DNA of 58,875 nucleotides from Anaerolineales bacterium (GTDB lineage: Bacteria > Chloroflexota > Anaerolineae > Anaerolineales > UBA11579), in assembly GCA_016935415.1 (NCBI GenBank), contig JAFGRA010000318.1, positions 1 to 58,875 on the forward strand. The letters are read 5' to 3'. The notes below the pieces were generated by a model. It was given only the letters and a program-made list of their open reading frames with translations, had not been told where the DNA came from and made no database searches. The position numbers and the translations under genes were made by a program. Below, piece after piece: positions 28,470 through 37,288 of this stretch (positions are counted from its first letter, which is position 1; each line of letters begins with the position of its first letter).

Positions 28470-29483
28470 TTATTCTGCTACCTGTAAACTATGCGTCATC
28501 GCCGCCAGAAACTGCATAGCGTGGTTCTCGCGTGGTACTTGCGAGAGGGCTTGCAGCGCCTGTCCATGATATTGTTTGAAGGTCGCAACACTGTTCGCTT
28601 TTGCATCCGATTTCTCAAGCAACCCCAACACCTGCTCCACTTCCGCAGCATCCAACTCTCCTTCATTCCGGGAGTAGATGGCTTGCAATTGTTTGCGTCC
28701 CTCCGCCGATAAAGTTTCCAGTGCATAGATCACTGGTAGGCATTTCTTTTTCTTGCGGATATCGCTGTACATCTTGAGGCCAAGCACTTCCGCGTCCCCC
28801 CAAATATTAAGGTAGTCGTCCCGGATCTGGTAGGCAACGCCCAGGTTCCAGCCGAACTGATTGAAAGCCTCGATGATCGCTTCATCCTCAGTCGCCAACG
28901 TGGCGGCCATCAGGGTTGGGTAGGAAAGCAAGGTAGCCGTCTTCTTTCCGATCACCTCAAAATACATATCCTGCGTGATCTCAGCCGTATTTTCGTACAT
29001 CAGATCCAAATGTTGGCCTTCCGCAAGCGAAATGGACGCCTGAGAGAACAACGAAAGCATATGCGCCATTTTCGAACGGTCGATGTCAAGATTATTCATC
29101 GACTGGAAAGCCAGCGAATACAACAAACTACCTGCATTCACTGCCAACCCTTCGCCCAATTTCTTCCACAAAGTCGGGCGGCCGCGCCGTTCCAGGTCGC
29201 GGTCTTCCATATCATCCAGGATCAAAGTGAAATTATGGGTCAGTTCAATGGCAACAGCCAACGGAATTGCGGGGTTAAAATCGCCAGTGGTCGCCTCATG
29301 GACCAGCAACGTGAGGATAGAGCGCACTTTTTTACCCTGGCTGCCCGACATTTCAACCCCGTCTTCCCATCCAAAATGATAATAAATGATTTCGCGAATA
29401 CCGGGCGACAACTGGTCAACGAGCACCTTCATACCCTGGTCGATGCAATCATGATATTGCTTAAAAACAGCCGTCTTGTCCAT
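28470..29483 (-). CDS. trans-Polyprenyl diphosphate synthase (GGPP/long-chain type)
   Basis: First Asp-rich motif LILDDMEDRD and second motif YQIRDDYLN(IWG), plus the GKKT lysine-rich segment of polyprenyl_synt enzymes. Confidence 0.85.
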   Translation of the reverse strand: MDKTAVFKQYHDCIDQGMKVLVDQLSPGIREIIYYHFGWEDGVEMSGSQGKKVRSILTLLVHEATTGDFNPAIPLAVAIELTHNFTLILDDMEDRDLERRGRPTLWKKLGEGLAVNAGSLLYSLAFQSMNNLDIDRSKMAHMLSLFSQASISLAEGQHLDLMYENTAEITQDMYFEVIGKKTATLLSYPTLMAATLATEDEAIIEAFNQFGWNLGVAYQIRDDYLNIWGDAEVLGLKMYSDIRKKKKCLPVIYALETLSAEGRKQLQAIYSRNEGELDAAEVEQVLGLLEKSDAKANSVATFKQYHGQALQALSQVPRENHAMQFLAAMTHSLQVAE

Positions 29484-29526
29484 TGTTAGTCCAATTCTCT
29501 AATTATTATTCGTTAAAAATACCACA

Positions 29527-31041
29527 CTACTTCCTTCGATATAAATTATAAGCACCAATCGACTCGTCCAGTTCATAATGTGCTGCGATTGACGCAGGGT
29601 CATAGACTTGCGTCCACTCTCCGAACTCGCCGACCAAGAGATACTCAGGTTGACCTGCTTCGTAGAAATCATAGTAAGCATAGGGCGGCTGCTCCTGGTA
29701 CCAAATATATTTGATGGCAATATTCAAGATATCGCCCGGCGGCATGCTGCAGGCATGCTCGGCCATGAAACAAATCTCCGGGTCGTAAGTTTCGATTTCA
29801 ACATCAGCCGGGACATACTCACGAATATAGGCGCTAATCTGTTGGGGAGTATCATCATTATTGTGGACAATGTCAAGTGCACGACCTTGCAGGGAACGCC
29901 CGGCAATGATTACCAGTAATGCCAGCAAAGCGATCTTTGCCACCACCCGGGGCTGGATTTCACCCCCAGCAAAAAACCCCTTGACCTCATCCCAATGCAA
30001 CGAAAACCCATCCGTGAGATCATGGAAAATCAACGCCGTGAACAAAGCGGAGAGTGTGAACGGCAGGAAGGCATAGCGCGGCCAACCCACTGAAAGCAAC
30101 GCAAACCAGGCAATCCAGGCTAATGTCACCACCACCAGCAAACCATAAACCACGTTCGCGCGCGTCTTTTTGATACTTCTGATTCCAACGTACAATACGC
30201 TTGGGAAGATCCAGCCATAGAACGCGTCCTGCCCGGTCAGAAATTTGATCGCATCCATCATGCGCGGCATCGAGAACGTCATAATCCCCCGATCGAGCGC
30301 ACCGCTCCATTCATTGAGATTAGCACTCGCCAATTGTTCTCCATCCGGGAACAGAAAGACTTGCCCAACGTACCAGGCCAATACCGTCACCAGCGCAATC
30401 CCGAACGGTAGCAAAAAATCCCGATGGCGCAATTGTTTGTAGTAAAAATGATTCAATACCCACATCAACAGCCAGGCAGGGAAGAGCAGAAATAATTGGT
30501 TTTTGGTCAATACCGCTAATCCAAGAAACAGCCCGGTAAAGGTCAAACCCCTCAATTTTGATTTCTCCGTTTTCGGAACGATAGTCTGATACCACACCAG
30601 GATTGCGGCATAGAAGAACATCCCCGCCGGTATTTCGCCGATTACCTGGCGTCCCCAACGGATCAGATTCACCCCGCTAGAGGTGACCAACAGCAGCGTA
30701 GCGACCGATGCCACCTTCCAGTTCACCAGATTCTTAGAGAAGAGGTAAAAGACCAGAATCAACAAGAAGCAATAGATCACCATCACGATCCGTCCGGCGG
30801 TCAGGGTAGCTCCAAGCATCTTAAAAGCAATCGCCACTGGGAAGAATAGGGTCGGACCGACGGCAGGGCCGAACCGGTAGCGCCCTTCTAGTGCCAGTTT
30901 CTTGGCAACCAATAAGTGAATACCTTCATCGAAGGCAGCCTTCGGATAGGTCGTTAAGTTAAACATCAGCAAGAATGCAATCAGCAGCAACAAGAGCACA
31001 TTCAGCAGTGTGGGCAAATATTTTTTTATGATATCCATCAA
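29527..31041 (-). CDS. GT-C-fold membrane glycosyltransferase (ArnT/PMT, GT39/GT83-like)
   Basis: About 12 TM helices. First-loop motif AAFDEGIHLLVAKKL (the DE motif of ArnT/PMT-type enzymes). C-terminal soluble domain. Confidence 0.7.
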   Translation of the reverse strand: MMDIIKKYLPTLLNVLLLLLIAFLLMFNLTTYPKAAFDEGIHLLVAKKLALEGRYRFGPAVGPTLFFPVAIAFKMLGATLTAGRIVMVIYCFLLILVFYLFSKNLVNWKVASVATLLLVTSSGVNLIRWGRQVIGEIPAGMFFYAAILVWYQTIVPKTEKSKLRGLTFTGLFLGLAVLTKNQLFLLFPAWLLMWVLNHFYYKQLRHRDFLLPFGIALVTVLAWYVGQVFLFPDGEQLASANLNEWSGALDRGIMTFSMPRMMDAIKFLTGQDAFYGWIFPSVLYVGIRSIKKTRANVVYGLLVVVTLAWIAWFALLSVGWPRYAFLPFTLSALFTALIFHDLTDGFSLHWDEVKGFFAGGEIQPRVVAKIALLALLVIIAGRSLQGRALDIVHNNDDTPQQISAYIREYVPADVEIETYDPEICFMAEHACSMPPGDILNIAIKYIWYQEQPPYAYYDFYEAGQPEYLLVGEFGEWTQVYDPASIAAHYELDESIGAYNLYRRK

Positions 31042-31161
31042 TCAATCGTCCTCTTGCAAAAACTCTTCGGCGAATTTCCAAATTGGCACAGCAATACAAC
31101 GCGCAAATTGAAACGCTAATAACTGATACTTGTTATCGTCTAGATGCTACGCAAACAGTCA

Positions 31162-32160
31162 TTAATTCTCCCCTCGCTGTTCACTCATCTTCGATGCCAG
31201 CTTGTCAATAATCGGGTCTTCAAGTCCACCCCAGCCGCGGATACCGCTTAACTGCGTTGTGGCTCCGGCCGCAAATCCACGCGTCCACCAAATGATCCCT
31301 AAAACCAGATTGACGATCAAGGATGGATGCCGCATCATGATGCCAGGGTAGACCCGCACCATCGCCACAAAGGCGCGCAAGAATTTGACCGCACCCAATG
31401 CGGGAGACATCACAAAAGACAGGAACGCGCTCCGTCCAATGAAACTCCCCGGAAGGTCAAGCTGCGCCAGTGTACAGCGCGTCACCCGGCCAATGCGGTG
31501 CAGATGAGATAGGCAATCCCGCAGGTTGCTACGCGCGTAGTGGCGCACGAGGATAGCCGGATCGAACCAAACTTCGTGGCCGTACATGCCCAGCAGGTAA
31601 TTGAATAATAAATCTTCCTGGGGATAGTAAGCATTCGGGAAACCCTCATGCTCCAGGAAAAGATCACGCTGGTAAGAAATATTACAAGTTGGGATGTGTA
31701 TTACCGTGCGCGACTCACCGACCGGGGAAAATTCACGAAACTCATATAGATGTGCAGCCCAGGCCACCGCGTCGTCCATATCGGCCGGTTCGATCGCGCC
31801 CCCTACAATCATGTGGCCGTCGGCATGGCGCGCTTCGATATTCTCAATCCAGGCTGGGTCAGCGAGACAATCCGCATCAATGAAAGCCACCACCGGGCTT
31901 TTCGCTTCCTGCACACCGTGATTGCGCGCCGGTCCTGGGAAAATGCGATGGTCATAGACAATCACGCGCACTTCAGGATAATGTACTTTGATGATCTCCA
32001 CCGTGTTATCTTCCGAAGAATCAACGATGATGACCTCTTTTGGCAGCACAGTTTGAGTGTAAAGCGATTCCAGGCAGCCGAGAATCGTCGCTCCACTATT
32101 ATAGGAAGGGATGATTACGCTGATCTCAGCAGTCCGTCTCTCTTCAGCCGCGCTACTCAC
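31162..32160 (-). CDS. GT2-family (GT-A fold) glycosyltransferase
   Basis: ISVIIPSYNSGATILGCLESL, VIIVDSSED, FIDADC (DxD) motifs. 4-nt overlap with the upstream epimerase gene. Confidence 0.85.
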   Translation of the reverse strand: MSSAAEERRTAEISVIIPSYNSGATILGCLESLYTQTVLPKEVIIVDSSEDNTVEIIKVHYPEVRVIVYDHRIFPGPARNHGVQEAKSPVVAFIDADCLADPAWIENIEARHADGHMIVGGAIEPADMDDAVAWAAHLYEFREFSPVGESRTVIHIPTCNISYQRDLFLEHEGFPNAYYPQEDLLFNYLLGMYGHEVWFDPAILVRHYARSNLRDCLSHLHRIGRVTRCTLAQLDLPGSFIGRSAFLSFVMSPALGAVKFLRAFVAMVRVYPGIMMRHPSLIVNLVLGIIWWTRGFAAGATTQLSGIRGWGGLEDPIIDKLASKMSEQRGEN

Positions 32161-33215
32161 GATTCCATCACCTCTGTGCCGGTATAGTTTGTATGCAGAC
32201 TACCGGCAAAGTTCCGCTCTTCGATCAACCAGGTGAGCGTGCGCGCTAGACCGGCTTTTAAATCCACATCGGGATGATATCCTAAGGCGTCTTCTGCTGC
32301 CTTTATGGAAAAACTCCGGTGCTTGCTCACCACGTTCACTTTATCACGCGTAAGAAATGGCGCTTGCGTAGAACGAATAATACCCAACCAATTCCCAAAC
32401 CGGTAAGCTGCTTCTATTATACTCGCGGAAACTGTCGCAAAGGCCAACGGAATGTGAACATCGGGGCTACGCACTTCCAACAAACCAGTAATTGTATCCA
32501 CAATTTCGACCATCGAATTCGAACTCGGGCCACCAATATTGAACGTCTGTCCCGGCGCAGTTGGATGCGTGCTCGCCAATAAAATGCCCTTCACCAGATC
32601 ATCGATATAGGTTAGGTGAATGTGATTATGACCATTGCCCATGTACATGAACTGGCCTACACTTAACATACCAATTAAACGCGTCACCATGCCATCTTCA
32701 TCACCGGGGCCGTAGGTAATCGTCGGGCGCACGATCACAATTTCCATCTGGTCGGCATATTCCCTGACAACTATTTCAGCTTTCGCTTTGGTGCGGTGAT
32801 ACCCGTGTCCACTTTTCTCGGTCTCGGTCGAAAAACGCTCATCGATCCCGGTCTTACCCGGAAATCCGTACACTCCAACCGAACTGATATACACAAACCG
32901 CTTAACTCTGTTCTGCGCGCATTCCAACAACCGGCGCGTGGCTTCCACGTTGACGCGCTCATAAGCTTCCTCAGATGTGCCCCAGCGATTGCGGATCGCG
33001 GCAGTGTGGATGACTAAATCATACCCGGCCAGGAAATCCTCATCCCCGCGCAGATCACTCAAATCCTTCGAGACCACATCCAGGTTTTCAATCTCTGACA
33101 CCGTGTCCAGGCTGGCGGCGCGCACCAACGCGCCGACCTCCCAGCCCATTTCTGCAAATGTGCTGGCTAGCGAACGTCCAATAAACCCCGTTATCCCGGT
33201 TAGGAAAACTCGCAT
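32157..33215 (-). CDS. NAD(P)-dependent sugar epimerase/dehydratase (extended SDR)
   Basis: MRVFLTGITGFIG (GxxGxxG), SSVGVYG, YHRTKAKAE (YxxxK). Confidence 0.85.
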   Translation of the reverse strand: MRVFLTGITGFIGRSLASTFAEMGWEVGALVRAASLDTVSEIENLDVVSKDLSDLRGDEDFLAGYDLVIHTAAIRNRWGTSEEAYERVNVEATRRLLECAQNRVKRFVYISSVGVYGFPGKTGIDERFSTETEKSGHGYHRTKAKAEIVVREYADQMEIVIVRPTITYGPGDEDGMVTRLIGMLSVGQFMYMGNGHNHIHLTYIDDLVKGILLASTHPTAPGQTFNIGGPSSNSMVEIVDTITGLLEVRSPDVHIPLAFATVSASIIEAAYRFGNWLGIIRSTQAPFLTRDKVNVVSKHRSFSIKAAEDALGYHPDVDLKAGLARTLTWLIEERNFAGSLHTNYTGTEVMES

Positions 33216-33223
33216 CCGATCAG

Positions 33224-33502
33224 CTACTCCTCATACTTCATGACCGGGCGATACATACAGCGGCATTCAGCTTTCATCGTACATTCCGGCAAAGGCAGCG
33301 TCGGCGCATCGTCAGGTAAATAAACGGTATCAGGATCGAGTTCTTGGGCTGCCTGACAGCAATCAGGAAACGAGAGCACTCGCACACCGCGGATCGAGCC
33401 ACCGGCGCGGATGCCCAGCTTGTAAGCCGCCAAGGTCTTTTCGGCATAGTTTTCCGGCTTTTCTTGATTGCGTGCGAAATCCTTGAGCCAGTTAAGCGGC
33501 AT
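33224..33502 (-). CDS. Small Cys-rich hypothetical protein (92 aa)
   Basis: ATG at 33502 overlaps the radical SAM stop by 11 nt. Six Cys (DCC, ECTMKAECRC). No recognised family. The longer track ORF start 33553 lies inside the upstream gene. Confidence 0.45.
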   Translation of the reverse strand: MPLNWLKDFARNQEKPENYAEKTLAAYKLGIRAGGSIRGVRVLSFPDCCQAAQELDPDTVYLPDDAPTLPLPECTMKAECRCMYRPVMKYEE

Positions 33503-34637
33503 GATCCACTTCCTTTCGCTTGACGTCCTGCGGCTTGGATTTATCATTCTCACTCAGACTGAGAATATTCGTGCTAACCCGGATAAGGGTGGGCACATCG
33601 TGCAGCATATTGGTATAAGCCGCGTTTGCTAACGGGCAATTGCATTCCTTGGCAGCAATACTGCGGCGCACTTCCTTGATCTTTTCGCCAAACCAGATTG
33701 CCTTGAAGTCGTAGTCGAAGTCACGCAGGTTGCCCAGATCGTCTGCGCGGATACAACACGGCCACACCGTACCATCGGCGTAGATCTGGCAGCTTGCCCA
33801 CCCGGCATAACAGGGGATCACCTGGTCCTCTTCGGCCAGGATGCGCTGCACCAGATTGTAGTACTCCAGGCGGAACGCTTCCGTAATGCGAGACATTCCA
33901 CGGTACGTACGGCTGCGGACATATTCACCAAGGCGGTTCACCGCCTTGGCATACGCCTCTCGGTCAGGGGTGATCGGCAGGCCAATCGTATCCAACTCCA
34001 CGCGTGGTTCAGCGATCTCAGTGATGAACTGATCCACGCCCGTAGTCTCAACGTATTCAATAATCTCATCCAGGTCTTTAACGTTGAAGGTCGATAGCAC
34101 CGTATGGATACCCAGGTTCAAATTGTCATATTTCTCGCGCAGTTCCAGCAAGGCGTTCAGTGTGCGCTCGAACTTCTCGAAGTTGTTGGCTACCCCACGG
34201 ATGAAATCATGCTTTTCGCCTACCCCATCGAGGGATAAATTGATAATGACTTGGGAATCCGGGCAAGACTCGCAAATTGCCGCCACCCGCTCCGGGATTA
34301 CTTTCAAGATACTGTTGGTGGGGATATTGATGATCCCAGGACGACAGTGTTTGTAAGCCGATTGTGCCAGTTCAACGATTTCATTATTAAGGAAAGGCTC
34401 ACCGCCACTGATCGTGAACCAATACGGCGCCCTGCCCAAAGAAGCCAGGGTCTTATCCCACTCTTCCAGGGTCATTTCATTCTCGCGCTTCATCCAGATG
34501 TTGCAGGTCAGGCAGCGCGAATTGCAGCGCGGCGAAGGGGATAGGGTCAGATTGATCGGCACCATTTTCGGCCAGCCGGTCAGCCGGTAAAGCCAGAACA
34601 AAGGAACGCGTGCTAAAACACCAATCATAGATTGCAT
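33492..34637 (-). CDS. Radical SAM enzyme with C-terminal SPASM/twitch-type auxiliary cluster domain
   Basis: CNSRCLTCNIW (CxxxCxxC), GGEPFL SAM-binding motif, C-terminal CYAGWASCQIYADGTVWPCC...CNCP Cys cluster. N-terminal hydrophobic segment. Start set at ATG 34637 (MQSMIG), preceded by a GAAAGG SD, 4 nt after the upstream stop. Confidence 0.8.
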   Translation of the reverse strand: MQSMIGVLARVPLFWLYRLTGWPKMVPINLTLSPSPRCNSRCLTCNIWMKRENEMTLEEWDKTLASLGRAPYWFTISGGEPFLNNEIVELAQSAYKHCRPGIINIPTNSILKVIPERVAAICESCPDSQVIINLSLDGVGEKHDFIRGVANNFEKFERTLNALLELREKYDNLNLGIHTVLSTFNVKDLDEIIEYVETTGVDQFITEIAEPRVELDTIGLPITPDREAYAKAVNRLGEYVRSRTYRGMSRITEAFRLEYYNLVQRILAEEDQVIPCYAGWASCQIYADGTVWPCCIRADDLGNLRDFDYDFKAIWFGEKIKEVRRSIAAKECNCPLANAAYTNMLHDVPTLIRVSTNILSLSENDKSKPQDVKRKEVDHAA

Positions 34638-34641
34638 TACA

Positions 34642-35487
34642 TTAAGCCTTTCTCGCCCATACCGCAGTATGGTGAGCAAATAATCGTTTTATAAACCGTA
34701 TCCGCGTATTCTCAAAATAGGCCAATCGATCCATATCAGCGTGCACTTCGGCGAATTCTGCCCGATCGTAATATGGCAGTCCATCTGCGGGCCATAGGTA
34801 GCGGCTTTCCGGTTTTACTTTGTCGGCTGCCGAACGCATGAACGGAAAAAAGTCGACGATCAATTGGCTGATATCGATAATATCCGGCCACCATGGGCAG
34901 TCCACGTGATCGTTCTGAATATCTTTGAAACCCAAACGCTCAAAATACTTTTCCCAAGAGCGCGCCTGCATTAAATCGATCCGCCCATGATCCCACAGAT
35001 CGTGAGCCACCCGGTGATGCAAGCGATGCATCCAGAAACTGTAATTATGCCGGTTTGGAACGCAGATCAATACAGCTTTGCGAGCAACCCGCCCCATTTC
35101 GGCCAACACCTGGAACGGGTCAGCTTCCCGGGGCATCACGTTGAAATTCCAGACCAGGTCGAAGCTGTTATCAGGGAACGGCAAACAGGCGCCATTAAAT
35201 TCGGTCATGAATTGAACTTCGGCATCCGGCGCGTAGCGCTCCCAGATCGCGCGTGAAAAAGCTGCGCGCTCCGCTCCTCTCAGCAGCACAGTTGCCTTTG
35301 CACCCTTTCGGGCTAAGTTCAGGCTGTTAATGCCATCGATCCCGGCAATGCCGTCGTCCGGCCCTTCCAGCACACTCTCGATTTGCATATCTGCCGTAAT
35401 GCGCAGCAGGAAACGATTAAGCGCCCATCGCTCGTAAGTTGTGCCTAGTCCACGATCGGCCGAATCAAAATACAATTCAGAATCCAT
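34642..35487 (-). CDS. Class I SAM-dependent methyltransferase
   Basis: Rossmann-type VLEGPDDGIAG...ARKGAKATVL and FPDNSFDLVWNFNV, LAEMGRVARKAVLI motifs (Methyltransf_11-like). Start set at ATG 35487 (MDSELYF), downstream of the GT2 stop. Confidence 0.7.
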   Translation of the reverse strand: MDSELYFDSADRGLGTTYERWALNRFLLRITADMQIESVLEGPDDGIAGIDGINSLNLARKGAKATVLLRGAERAAFSRAIWERYAPDAEVQFMTEFNGACLPFPDNSFDLVWNFNVMPREADPFQVLAEMGRVARKAVLICVPNRHNYSFWMHRLHHRVAHDLWDHGRIDLMQARSWEKYFERLGFKDIQNDHVDCPWWPDIIDISQLIVDFFPFMRSAADKVKPESRYLWPADGLPYYDRAEFAEVHADMDRLAYFENTRIRFIKRLFAHHTAVWARKA

Positions 35488-35500
35488 AAAGTATTGCTGC

Positions 35501-36391
35501 CTATATGATCTCAGGAAGCTTCTTTGTAGACTCGGCAATCGCCCAGGAAAACGGGTTTCGGCGCATGATCAAATAATCATACGTTGCTAAGAGTCGCACA
35601 AAAACTTCCAGCACAACGATCCCTGGCCCCCAAATGAAATACCGCCAATCGAACTTGGCGTTTTGCAGATAAAGGCGCACAATCCGCGCCCCATTCATGG
35701 TCGACACCTTGTATCCCAACGTTTCTTTAACGTAGAGATGTCCGGCAAAGATCCGGCGACGCTGCTTGATGAAATCGCGGATGTTTTCCGGGCCGCGATT
35801 GTATACAAGCGCCTCCGGCGCGTATGCCAGACGCATGCCCTGCCCGATGACCAACGGCTCAATGCTGGCCTCATCGACAGCAGTTTCATTGGGGATTTGA
35901 TAGAAAATATTGCGGAAGGCGATCAATTCACCAATCTTCGGGTAGCGCAGGGAAACCAGGTGATGTAGGTCCCACAACAAATTGATTCCGAAGCCAATAA
36001 ATGTATCGTCTAAATTGGTAGGTATAGGATGTCCGCCCACCATACCAACGTTCGGGTCCTCAAAAGGCGACACCAAAGCTTCAATTGTGCCTTCAACCGG
36101 GACGGTATCCGCGCTTTGCATAACCACGATCTTGTGGTCAATATTGCGCATGAACAGATTAACTGCCGACGCCTTACCCTCCCGCTTTTCCTGCACAAGC
36201 AGTTCTACCCGGGAATCTTTCTGGGCAATTTCGCATACAATATCCTCAGTGCCGTCCGTACAACCACTGGCTACGACAATAATCCGATCGATAGCTACTT
36301 TCTCGGTCTTCTGATTTAACAGTCCCTCGAGTAAACGGCCAATATTGGCTGCCTCATTATATGCCATAATACCAATACAACAGTGAAGCAT
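35501..36391 (-). CDS. GT2-family glycosyltransferase, first gene of the operon
   Basis: CIGIMAYNEAANIGRLLEGL, IIVVASGCTDGT, MQSADT (DxD-equivalent). GGAGGAG SD at 36394-36400 (complement). Confidence 0.8.
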   Translation of the reverse strand: MLHCCIGIMAYNEAANIGRLLEGLLNQKTEKVAIDRIIVVASGCTDGTEDIVCEIAQKDSRVELLVQEKREGKASAVNLFMRNIDHKIVVMQSADTVPVEGTIEALVSPFEDPNVGMVGGHPIPTNLDDTFIGFGINLLWDLHHLVSLRYPKIGELIAFRNIFYQIPNETAVDEASIEPLVIGQGMRLAYAPEALVYNRGPENIRDFIKQRRRIFAGHLYVKETLGYKVSTMNGARIVRLYLQNAKFDWRYFIWGPGIVVLEVFVRLLATYDYLIMRRNPFSWAIAESTKKLPEII

Positions 36392-36801
36392 GACTCTCCT
36401 CCGCGATCAAGGATAATTACTTTTTTGCTCTGCCAAGCCCTTTGCTTATTCTGCCTACCGGAAACCAGTTCAAGGAAAAACTCTAATCCCAAAGTTTCCA
36501 TACGTTAATCGACATCATGTTACTACTTAAAAACAGTCAGCATCACAAAAAAATTACCAGACGATTACAAAAACCTTTCCTGCAAATTAACACCTTATTA
36601 CCTATACTATACTAAACTAATCAGACCATTTAAATCTAGGAAATGTTTTATAATTTCTAAGAAATATTATAGTTTGAATCCGGAAAGATCAGGGATTCTA
36701 CTAACCCAATTTTATTTTCTCGGCTTGGAAGCAGACATTTCGAATTGCTTTAACCACTCGACCACAATCCACAGATGACCTTTGCCGGACGGTACTCTTT
36801 T

Positions 36802-37002
36802 CTAATCGTGGTCGTGTTCAGTCACATCCCAATCTTTTGCTTCAGGGAACAGCTCTTCGAGTTGGGTTGGTTTGTGGATCAGAATGGGTAAGTGCTGTGG
36901 ACATATCCAAAGCGTTTCATTTTTGTAGTTCAGCGCCAGCAAGGGAACTTGTTCACTCGTGCGCTGGCAATGCAAACATTTATTTTCACTCATCGACTTC
37001 AT
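36802..37002 (-). CDS. Small zinc-ribbon-like hypothetical protein (66 aa)
   Basis: MKSMSENKCLHCQ...WICPQHLPILIHKP gives a CxxC plus C-P-x-H metal-binding-like arrangement. The upstream 73 codons of the 139-aa track ORF are AT-rich, low-complexity and probably non-coding. Confidence 0.35.
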   Translation of the reverse strand: MKSMSENKCLHCQRTSEQVPLLALNYKNETLWICPQHLPILIHKPTQLEELFPEAKDWDVTEHDHD

Positions 37003-37276
37003 CCAATCAGATAGTAGATAGTTAAGCAGTATAGCCGTAGCATAGGAACATGTCAAGAAAATTAGAGATAAATGATAAACAATAGTACTTTTGTAAGAAA
37101 AACACGATGATTCACGACTGGACAATAGAGCGTTTTCTTCATCATCTTTTCTCCTCTGATCAGACCCCGCTTTTTGCAACAGCGAGGTCTGATCGCTTAA
37201 CAATCTCTCCACTGGGTCCAATAAACTGATTCAAATTTAACAACTGAAACGATTTTTCGGATAAAATAGGAAGTAC

Positions 37277-37288
37277 GTTAGCGCTAAC
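37277..37288. promoter_or_regulatory. Perfect 12-bp palindrome GTTAGCGCTAAC, LacI/cre-like operator candidate
   Basis: Resembles the LacI-family/cre consensus TGTAAGCGCTTACA (central CG). Lies 12 nt upstream of the hydrolase-LarA-kinase operon start. Confidence 0.4.

Noticed and set aside
24779-29483. Complete archaeal-type ether-lipid pathway
   Set aside because: Only the synthase, UbiA and GGR-type genes are present. No G1P dehydrogenase, GGGP synthase or CDP-archaeol synthase homologues are visible in the window, so this is kept only as one analogy in the findings.
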